Shown here piece by piece: positions 29,279 through 37,268 of a stretch of DNA of 64,000 nucleotides. The notes beneath the pieces were generated by a model, which saw only the letters and a list, made by a program, of their open reading frames with translations, was not told where the DNA came from and did no database searches. Position 1 is the first letter of the stretch; each line of letters starts with the position of its first letter. This DNA is from Sphingobacteriia bacterium (GTDB taxonomy: Bacteria > Bacteroidota > Bacteroidia > Bacteroidales > UBA7960). The DNA is taken from positions 8,258 to 72,257 of the forward strand of contig JAABRR010000008.1 of NCBI GenBank assembly GCA_011390785.1, given 5' to 3'. The position numbers and the translations under genes are program-made.

Positions 29279-29328
29279 GTTTTACCGCGGAGACGGAGAG
29301 ACGCAGAGAATTTGGTAATTAGTAATTC

Positions 29329-29533
29329 AATGTCGTTTAGTTAAGAAACAAACAAACCATGATTAATCACATATGTACATTATCATAGGGCATTTGAATT
29401 ACTAGATAGCAGGCCAACTCCCCCTTTGAAGGGGGCTGGGGGGATGTCTTTAACTAACAATAAATTTAAACATCCCCCTAACCCCCTTCAAAGGGGGAAT
29501 CAAGCAGTGCTAAACTCTTAACTAAACGACATT
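29329..29533. repeat. Nested inverted-repeat element (MITE/REP-like) in the symporter-galK spacer
   Basis: Perfect 17-bp outer inverted repeat aatgtcgtttagttaag (29329-29345) / cttaactaaacgacatt (29517-29533). Inner roughly 24-bp G/C-run hairpin between 29420-29446 and 29471-29497 (ccccctttgaagggggctggggggatg vs catccccctaacccccttcaaaggggg). Confidence 0.75.
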
Positions 29534-29550
29534 AACAAATTAGCAACAAA

Positions 29551-30699
29551 ATGAAAGAAAATAAAATAAAAGAAGTATTTGAAAAAGAATTTGGGAAGGG
29601 GTACCGGTTTTTTGCAGCTCCCGGTAGAATTAACCTGATAGGCGAACATACCGATTACAATGAAGGTTTTGTAATGCCCGCAGCTATTGACAAACGGATA
29701 TACCTGGCCATAGCCCCTGTTGATGGTGATGAATCAACCATTATTGCTTACGACATCAATAAAACGGTAAAGTTTAAAACTCTCGAAAATGGTTTTGAAC
29801 TACCACAATGGGCCCGTTACCCCTATGGTGTTATCAATGAACTGAAAGTTTTGGGCCATTCCACACAAAGTTTTCAGGCTGTTTTTGGAGGCGATATTCC
29901 TTCCGGTGCCGGACTCTCATCATCAGCCGCACTGGAAAGTGTATTTGGCTTCGCATTGAATGAGATCAACCAGTTTGGACTGGATCGCCTGGCACTGGCC
30001 AAGGTGGGCCAGAAAGCTGAGCACAATTACGTGGGCGTTATGTGTGGTATCATGGACCAGTTTTCTTCCATTTTTGGTAAAAAGGACCACGTTTTTCGCT
30101 TAGACTGCCGCTCACTCGAATTTGAATATTTCCCTTTAAAACTTGATGGCTACGAGCTTATTCTGGCAGACACACAGGTAAAACACAGCCTGGCATCATC
30201 AGCCTACAACAAAAGACGCTCCGAATGCGAAGAAGGGGTTATGATCTTAAAAACGCAAATGCCAGGTGTAAAAAGCCTGCGCGATGTTCGTCCCAAAGAT
30301 ATTGAACCCTACCACAAATACATGGGCGATGAAGTTTTTGACCGCTGCCTGTATGTTGCCGAAGAAAATGAACGCGTTCTGGAAACGAGTAAAGCCCTTG
30401 CCGAAGGAAATATGAAAGAGGTGGGAAGGCTTTTGTACCAGTCGCACGAAGGCCTCAGCAAAAAATATAATGTTAGTTGTAAAGAGCTCGACCTTTTGGT
30501 TGAAACCGCGAAAACCATTAATGGAGTATTGGGTGCACGCATGATGGGAGGCGGCTTTGGTGGCTGCACCATCAACCTGGTAAAATCATCCGCGGTTAAA
30601 GACTTCAAAGAGAAATCAGCCCAGGCATTCGAAAAGGCCTATGGGAAACCACCGGTATATTATGAAGTTAATCCGGGTGACGGAGTAAAGGAGTATTAA
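29551..30699 (+). CDS. galK: Galactokinase
   Basis: 382 aa. Galactokinase signature GRINLIGEHTDYNEGFVMP and GHMP motif PSGAGLSSSAA. Confidence 0.95.
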   Translation: MKENKIKEVFEKEFGKGYRFFAAPGRINLIGEHTDYNEGFVMPAAIDKRIYLAIAPVDGDESTIIAYDINKTVKFKTLENGFELPQWARYPYGVINELKVLGHSTQSFQAVFGGDIPSGAGLSSSAALESVFGFALNEINQFGLDRLALAKVGQKAEHNYVGVMCGIMDQFSSIFGKKDHVFRLDCRSLEFEYFPLKLDGYELILADTQVKHSLASSAYNKRRSECEEGVMILKTQMPGVKSLRDVRPKDIEPYHKYMGDEVFDRCLYVAEENERVLETSKALAEGNMKEVGRLLYQSHEGLSKKYNVSCKELDLLVETAKTINGVLGARMMGGGFGGCTINLVKSSAVKDFKEKSAQAFEKAYGKPPVYYEVNPGDGVKEY

Positions 30700-31200
30700 A
30701 ATTGGAGGATGTTCATCATCCAATCTCGTTACCCCCATCTGTCTGATAAACCAGGAATAAGTACCTTTTTTCTCTTTACACCATTTATTGCATGTGTTGT
30801 ATGGCATTAGCCCATAATGTTATTGCTTATGTGCGAGATATTTAGCAATTAATTCTTCTCTCTCTTTGTTGAATGCATTAATATCCATTTCAAACCTGTG
30901 TGCTTTTCGTAAAGTATATTTTGCCACGAATAACATGAATTTACACGAATATTTACTTAGATAATCAGCGTATTTTAATGATTAGAAATACTACGAATAG
31001 TCTAAAACCCAGTTTTGGAGTAGATTCAGACCTTATGTCTTAATTTACACCTTAGTACCTTTGATGAATATTTTCAAATCTCAGCGCCGGCAAAAAATTT
31101 GATTAGAATACAAGAATGGTTTTTTCGGCGGAATGAAAAATTACGGCAGTATTAATTTTCAATTCATGCATTTTATAAAAAGATTTTCAAAAAAGACTCA

Positions 31201-31208
31201 TAATTTTG
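31201..31208 (+). promoter_or_regulatory. -7 promoter box for the TlpA-like gene
   Basis: taattttg, about 38 nt upstream of ATG 31247. Confidence 0.4.
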
Positions 31209-31246
31209 AATATCATATTCATTCAAAAACCAATAACAATTTTCCC

Positions 31247-32248
31247 ATGATAATGAGAAACGCCTTTTATCTCAGCTTGTTAATTTCAATACTGTTTGCA
31301 TCCGCATGCAACAATCCTCAAAACACCGTCCGATTAAAAGGAATCATCAACAATGATGCAGAATTGATTTACCTGAAAAGCTTCAGAAACAAGATGTTTT
31401 TCATCCTTGATTCAGCAAACATCGATAACGGATCTTTTACATTCGAAAGAGAAATAACTTCACCCGAGCTTTTCGGACTTACACTAAATCGTGATGAAGT
31501 CTTCTCTCTCTGGTATGTTTTTCTTGAGCCGGGACAAACAGATGTAAAGATCGATACAGCCGAAAGGGGTAGTCTACGGGTTTCCGGCTCTGCATCGCAT
31601 GAACTTTTTGAATACTATCAGCAAAACAGAAAGGATTTCAACATCGACTCACTTATTGGCCAGAATCCGCGCTCACCTGTGGCATCCTATATCCTTTATC
31701 GCGAATATGCCACACAGTTCACTGCCGATGAGCTGGAACACAGCATTTCGTTGTTTGACGAAAATTTCCGGAATCATCATTATCTCAATGATCTTCGGCA
31801 AGTCATTGCATCAAAACGACAGCTCGACATTGGCAACCCTGCTCTTGATTTTGCAGGATTATCGCCCGAGGGTGAAACCATCAGATTATCAGAATATACC
31901 GGTAATTATCTGTTACTCGAATTCTGGGCATCATGGTGTGGCCCCTGCCGCAGAGATAACCCCAATCTGGTAAAGGCTTACCAAGAATTTCATCCAAACG
32001 GATTTGAGATATTTGCCGTATCACTCGATCACAAAAAAGAAAACTGGATTGCTGCCATTGAGAAGGATAGCCTGAGCTGGGTTCATGTTTCTGACCTGAA
32101 ATTCTGGGACAGTGAGCCGGCTAAGCTTTATGGAATCCGAAACATCCCCTCCAATGTTCTAATTGACCCACAGGGAAATATCATTGCCCGAAACATTAAA
32201 GGCGCAGATCTGGCTTCTATGCTCGACGAGTTATACTCCATTGAATAA
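31247..32248 (+). CDS. TlpA/AhpC-family thiol:disulfide oxidoreductase lipoprotein
   Basis: Thioredoxin-fold active site WASWCGPCR. Lipobox LFASAC after ATG 31247. A -7 box at 31201-31208 supports this start over the ORF-track start at 31133. Confidence 0.82.
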   Translation: MIMRNAFYLSLLISILFASACNNPQNTVRLKGIINNDAELIYLKSFRNKMFFILDSANIDNGSFTFEREITSPELFGLTLNRDEVFSLWYVFLEPGQTDVKIDTAERGSLRVSGSASHELFEYYQQNRKDFNIDSLIGQNPRSPVASYILYREYATQFTADELEHSISLFDENFRNHHYLNDLRQVIASKRQLDIGNPALDFAGLSPEGETIRLSEYTGNYLLLEFWASWCGPCRRDNPNLVKAYQEFHPNGFEIFAVSLDHKKENWIAAIEKDSLSWVHVSDLKFWDSEPAKLYGIRNIPSNVLIDPQGNIIARNIKGADLASMLDELYSIE

Positions 32249-32624
32249 TTAAGAAATATAGCGGAAGGATACTTTTTGAAACTTACATGAGCACTACAAA
32301 TTTCCCTGTAATCAATTTAGTATTCTTTAACTTGCCGCCAACGAATGCACACCTATTTTGTTAGAATGGATCTTTATAACACAGTTTTGCGGTTATTAAT
32401 TCCTTATTTATAACTGATTGATTTCCATTTAGCATCTACTTTATTGGGTCCCACAAAAGCATCTTGTGCAGGCTATACCCGTGCAAGGGTTTACATAGTT
32501 TAGAAACTAGAAGAGATAATTTTGCTGTGCTTTGATGTGCCAAACCCACAAGCCCTAACACTTAACCCATCTCCCATAACAAATATTTTCTTAATAAATC
32601 CTAAATTTAAGTACCTTGTTTTGC

Positions 32625-32634
32625 ATAGTACTAT
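32625..32634. promoter_or_regulatory. Perfect 10-bp palindrome atagtactat, candidate PadR operator
   Basis: Self-complementary. Ends 9 nt upstream of the padR -7 box (32643-32650). A further AGTAC half-site lies at 32610-32614. Confidence 0.35.
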
Positions 32635-32642
32635 TTTTAATT

Positions 32643-32650
32643 TACTTTTG
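32643..32650 (+). promoter_or_regulatory. -7 promoter box for padR-pspC
   Basis: tacttttg, about 18 nt upstream of ATG 32669. Confidence 0.45.
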
Positions 32651-32668
32651 TTTAAAATTTAATTAACC

Positions 32669-33013
32669 ATGAATGTTGAAAACACAAAAGCCCAAATGCG
32701 AAAAGGAGTATTGGAGTTCTGTATCCTCTCTCTGTTATCAAGCAGGGAAGCCTATACATCAGATATCATCAATACATTAAAAGAATCAAAACTATTGGTG
32801 GTGGAAGGTACACTCTACCCCTTGCTTACCCGTTTGAAAAACGACGGATTGCTCGATTACCGGTGGGAAGAGTCAACCAGTGGGCCTCCCCGAAAGTATT
32901 ACAAAACCACCACTCAGGGTGATGAGTTTCTGGCAGAGCTCAAAAACACCTGGGACGAATTGCAAAACGCAGTAGAAACAACCTTAGCATCCGAAACGAA
33001 AATCAACAAGTAA
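32669..33013 (+). CDS. PadR-family transcriptional regulator
   Basis: 114 aa. KGVLEFCILSLLSSREAYTSDIINTLKE...GTLYPLLTRLKNDGLL is a typical PadR wHTH. Confidence 0.9.
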   Translation: MNVENTKAQMRKGVLEFCILSLLSSREAYTSDIINTLKESKLLVVEGTLYPLLTRLKNDGLLDYRWEESTSGPPRKYYKTTTQGDEFLAELKNTWDELQNAVETTLASETKINK

Positions 33014-33037
33014 AAATCACAAAAAACTCAGATTACC

Positions 33038-34570
33038 ATGAAAAAAACCGTAACAGCAAACATCAGCGGTATCGTGTTTCACATTGATGAAGATGCCTAT
33101 GATAAACTAAACCTTTACCTGGCCCGCATCAGAGAGAAACTGGCAACAGAGGAGGGTCGGGAAGAAATTCTGTCTGACATAGAAGGCCGTATCGCTGAAA
33201 TGTTTCAGGAAAAACTCAACACTTCGAAAAAAGTAATCACCATTGACGATGTAAAGGAAGTAATCGGTCAACTGGGCGAGCCTGAGCAATTTGAAAGTAC
33301 AGAAGGTGAACCACAGCCCAATTCCCAGTCTAATTATTACGAAGAAAGAACCGAGAAAAGACTTTACCGCGATCCTGACGATCAGTACATTGCAGGTGTA
33401 TCGGGTGGATTAGGTGCATTCTTTAACATTGACCCCATCTGGATGAGAATCGGTTTCGTAGTAACTACCTTTATTTATGGGTTTGGTCCTATTCTCTACA
33501 TCATTCTCTGGATTGTGGTTCCTAAAGCCCGCACCACAGCAGAAAAACTCGAAATGAGGGGCCGCAAGGTGAACCTCTCCAACATTGAGAAAACCATCAA
33601 AGATGAGCTCAATGATTTAAAAAAAAATTTCAAAGAGTTTTCAGAAGAAACCAAACAGCATTTTAAAAAAAAAGAAAATTTTAAACAGGCCCGAAATAAG
33701 ACAGCCAGTGTAGCGGCTGATATTTTACGCGCACTATCGAAAGTTGTAGGTGTTGTTTTAATACTTGTAACCTTTGCTATGATAGTAGCTCTTATTTCGG
33801 GCCTATACATGGTTCCGTTTGGGGTACATGAATCCACAGGCATCTGGCTTCTTTCCGTCCCTGAAATATTGGGTGCTCTTTTATCTTCCTATACATGGGT
33901 ACAGGTAACCCTGGCAGCCCTCATACTAATTATTGGTATTCCTTTGCTATGGATACTGCTGGCGGGCATCCGGTTACTTTTTGAAATAAAAACCAGTTCG
34001 AAATACCTGGCAGCATTCACATTTATTTTGTGGCTGGCTGCAGCAGGAACCCTGGCCTTAGCCGCTGTAAACGGGGTAAGAAACTTTTCTGCAGAGCATA
34101 CTGTGCACCAGGAAAATGACATTACCACAAGCGATTGGCCCAACATTTACCTGAAGCTGGATGAACAAAAACTTCTTGACAGCGGAATTGACCAGGGACA
34201 TAACAGTATTTCTGCATGGCAAATGATGTGGAGTGAAACTGGCAATACTGCCATGGGAAAACCAGAATTACGGATCAAAAAATCGAATAACGATCTAATT
34301 ACGCTTGAAATCATCAAAGAATCGCGGGGAATTTCCCCCAGCCAGGCAAGGATCAACACCGAATCAATCCAATACAACTTTCTGCAAACAGATTCTTTAC
34401 TCATTCTTGATCCGGTATTTTATTTTGAGAAAGAAGCTGGCTGGAGAAATCAGGAAGTAAAACTGGAACTTTATCTTCCTGAAAATAAAATTGCCGTGCT
34501 TGAAAAAAATCTACAACGAAGCATCAGAGTTCGTTACGATGAAGATGTGGTCAGAGTGCTGAAACAATAG
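33038..34570 (+). CDS. PspC-domain membrane protein
   Basis: 510 aa. PspC domain LYRDPDDQYIAGVSGGLGAFFNIDPIWMRIGFVV, several TM segments and a C-terminal extracytoplasmic domain. Starts 24 nt after padR. Confidence 0.85.
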   Translation: MKKTVTANISGIVFHIDEDAYDKLNLYLARIREKLATEEGREEILSDIEGRIAEMFQEKLNTSKKVITIDDVKEVIGQLGEPEQFESTEGEPQPNSQSNYYEERTEKRLYRDPDDQYIAGVSGGLGAFFNIDPIWMRIGFVVTTFIYGFGPILYIILWIVVPKARTTAEKLEMRGRKVNLSNIEKTIKDELNDLKKNFKEFSEETKQHFKKKENFKQARNKTASVAADILRALSKVVGVVLILVTFAMIVALISGLYMVPFGVHESTGIWLLSVPEILGALLSSYTWVQVTLAALILIIGIPLLWILLAGIRLLFEIKTSSKYLAAFTFILWLAAAGTLALAAVNGVRNFSAEHTVHQENDITTSDWPNIYLKLDEQKLLDSGIDQGHNSISAWQMMWSETGNTAMGKPELRIKKSNNDLITLEIIKESRGISPSQARINTESIQYNFLQTDSLLILDPVFYFEKEAGWRNQEVKLELYLPENKIAVLEKNLQRSIRVRYDEDVVRVLKQ

Positions 34571-34637
34571 TGTTACAAACCGCATTTATTAATACTTATA
34601 GCCCTGCATACAAGTTGGTACAGTAAAACAATTTCGT

Positions 34638-34645
34638 TATTTTTG
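34638..34645 (+). promoter_or_regulatory. -7 promoter box for the E1 alpha/beta fusion gene
   Basis: tatttttg, about 58 nt upstream of ATG 34704 and just upstream of the TTG at 34650. Confidence 0.4.
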
Positions 34646-34703
34646 TGTTTTGACAAAACACACTTCACATAACAAAAGCATCGTTTTATATACCCCTATA
34701 AAA

Positions 34704-37148
34704 ATGTCTGTAGTAAAAACGAAGAAAACCGTTGTAGCGCTGTCACTATCAGCAGAGGAAGTATTGAATGATTACCGTGTTGCCAATGAGAGTCGGCAGG
34801 CAAGTATTTTAGGCCGAAGAGAGGTTCTTACCGGAAAAGCCAAATTTGGCATTATGGGAGATGGAAAAGAGCTTGCACAAATAGCCATGGCAAAGTTTTT
34901 TAAAAATGGCGACTGGCGAAGCGGTTATTATCGCGACCAGACTTTTATGCTGGCAGCCGGAATGACAACTTTGGAAGAGTTTTTTGCACAGCTTTATGGA
35001 GATACAGACACAAAAGCCAACCCATCAAATGGTGGCCGCATGATGAACAACCACTATGCCACCCGTATTCTTGATGAAGATGGAAACTGGAAAGACATTA
35101 CACAATCTAAAAACACCTGTGCCGATCTCTCACCCACAGCGGGTCAAATGCCCCGATTAGCAGGTCTTGCAAAAGCATCAAAAGTATACAGAAACCACCC
35201 GGATAAAACTATTCAAAAGAATTTCTCCAACGAGGGCAATGAAGTAGCCTTTGGCACTATAGGCGAATCATCTACCAGCGAAGGGCTCTTTTGGGAAGTT
35301 ATCAACATGGCAGGAGTAATACAAATCCCGCTTGCAATGTCTGTTTGGGATGATGGTTATGGCATTAGTGTGCCTGTTGAATATCAAACTACAAAAGGCA
35401 GTATATCAGAAGCATTAAGAGGATTTAAAAGGGATGACTTTGGTAAAGGTTTTGAAATTTTCAAACAAAGAGGGTGGGATTATCCGGGACTGATTGAAAC
35501 TTACCGCAATGGAATCGAATTGTGCCGAAATGAACAGGTGCCCGTGTTATTTCATATCAATGAACTTACCCAGCCCCTCGGACACTCTACAAGCGGCTCT
35601 CACGAGCGATATAAAACTGATGAACGGCTTAACTGGGAAAAAGAATTCGATTGCATCCGCCAGATGCGCATATGGATTCTGGAAAATGATATCAGCACTC
35701 CTGAAGAGCTAGATAAAATAGAAAAAGATGCTATTATAAGAGTTAAACAAGCAAGAAAAAAAGCATGGGAAAACTTTCAGGCACCTATTACAAAAATGCG
35801 TGATGAGTTTATCAACCTTGTAAATGTATCGCAGTGCCAATGCCGAAAAGTAGAAAAAATTGATACCCTGATTCAAGACTTGAAAAGAGTAGGAGAACCT
35901 ATTCGAAGGGATGTTGTAAGTACAGCAAAAAAAATACTTCGACTAATTTGTCATACCTGTGACACCGAAGAATCTCTGAAAATGCAGGTTAGCAAGTGGC
36001 TCGAAAATGCTATTCAAGACAGCCATAAACGCTACAGTTCAAACCTGTACAGCCAATCAGAAAAATCGGCTCTCAAAGTAAAAGAAATAGCCCCGGTTTT
36101 TTCAGTAAACAGCAAAAAAGTAAATGGTCGCGAAGTGCTGCTAGCCAATTTCGACTATATTCTTGCCCACTACCCCGAAACGTTGATTTTCGGACAGGAT
36201 GTAGGAAAAATTGGTGGGGTAAACCAAACCCTTGAAGGTATGCAGGAGAAATATGGAGAGCTACGTGTAAGCGATACCGGAATTCGGGAAGCTACCATTA
36301 TTGGTCAAGCTATAGGAATGGCATTAAGAGGGATACGTCCCATCGCTGAAGTGCAATATTTCGATTATCTGATATATGCACTCAACGTGCTCAGCGATGA
36401 TCTAGCCACCCTGCACTATCGTACTGCCGGCGGACAAAAAGCTCCGGTAATTATTAGTACACGAGGTCACCGACTGGAAGGGATCTGGCATTCGGGAAGT
36501 CCCCTGAGCATGGTAATTAACTCTGTTAGGGGAATTTATGTATTGGTTCCCCGCAATATGACTCAGGCAGCCGGATTTTACAATACCCTTCTTAAAAGTG
36601 ATGATCCGGCCATTGTAATCGAACCACTTAATGGTTACCGGTTAAAAGAAATGCTTCCCGATAATATCGGAGAATACACACTGCCACTCGGCAAACCCGA
36701 AATCATACGTTACGGTGACGATGTTACAGTTGTTACCTATGGATCTTGTGTCAGAATTGCTGAAGAAGCTGCTGATCAATTAAAAGAATTTGGCATAACG
36801 GTTGAACTTATTGATATACAAACTCTCTTGCCTTTCGATATCAATCATACCATAGTTGAGTCATTAAAGAAAACCAATAAAATAGTATTCTTTGACGAAG
36901 ATGTTCCCGGTGGCGCCACTTCATTTATGATGCAGAAAGTTTTAGAAGAACAAAACGGATATTTACATCTCGATGCCAAACCCGGAACTGTTACAGCCAA
37001 AGAGCACAGAGCTGCATATAGTTCTGATGGTGACTACTTTTCCAACCCTAACGCTGAAGATGTTTTTGATGCAGTATACGAAATCATGCATCAATACAAC
37101 CCCGTCAGATTCCCAGATTTATACCCTTATAGCCGGAAACAGGATTAA
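34704..37148 (+). CDS. 2-oxoacid dehydrogenase E1 component, fused alpha/beta subunits (TPP-dependent)
   Basis: About 814 aa. The N-terminal half is E1-alpha-like. The C-terminal half is E1-beta/transketolase-like (DTGIREATIIGQAIGMALRGIRPIAEVQYFDY). The ORF-track start at 34650 is TTG. ATG 34704 is preferred. Confidence 0.82.
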   Translation: MSVVKTKKTVVALSLSAEEVLNDYRVANESRQASILGRREVLTGKAKFGIMGDGKELAQIAMAKFFKNGDWRSGYYRDQTFMLAAGMTTLEEFFAQLYGDTDTKANPSNGGRMMNNHYATRILDEDGNWKDITQSKNTCADLSPTAGQMPRLAGLAKASKVYRNHPDKTIQKNFSNEGNEVAFGTIGESSTSEGLFWEVINMAGVIQIPLAMSVWDDGYGISVPVEYQTTKGSISEALRGFKRDDFGKGFEIFKQRGWDYPGLIETYRNGIELCRNEQVPVLFHINELTQPLGHSTSGSHERYKTDERLNWEKEFDCIRQMRIWILENDISTPEELDKIEKDAIIRVKQARKKAWENFQAPITKMRDEFINLVNVSQCQCRKVEKIDTLIQDLKRVGEPIRRDVVSTAKKILRLICHTCDTEESLKMQVSKWLENAIQDSHKRYSSNLYSQSEKSALKVKEIAPVFSVNSKKVNGREVLLANFDYILAHYPETLIFGQDVGKIGGVNQTLEGMQEKYGELRVSDTGIREATIIGQAIGMALRGIRPIAEVQYFDYLIYALNVLSDDLATLHYRTAGGQKAPVIISTRGHRLEGIWHSGSPLSMVINSVRGIYVLVPRNMTQAAGFYNTLLKSDDPAIVIEPLNGYRLKEMLPDNIGEYTLPLGKPEIIRYGDDVTVVTYGSCVRIAEEAADQLKEFGITVELIDIQTLLPFDINHTIVESLKKTNKIVFFDEDVPGGATSFMMQKVLEEQNGYLHLDAKPGTVTAKEHRAAYSSDGDYFSNPNAEDVFDAVYEIMHQYNPVRFPDLYPYSRKQD

Positions 37149-37188
37149 ACCCTTGTTTAATCTTTTTACATTTTTGCTCAAAAAAGAC

Positions 37189-37196
37189 TATATTTG
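37189..37196 (+). promoter_or_regulatory. -7 promoter box for the Dak2-DegV gene
   Basis: tatatttg, about 72 nt upstream of ATG 37269. Confidence 0.4.
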
Positions 37197-37268
37197 CACT
37201 TCCGGACAAGCAAAGCGTTATCGATACCGCAAACGATAGCAGAAATTATGTAAACGAAATGTAGAGTT

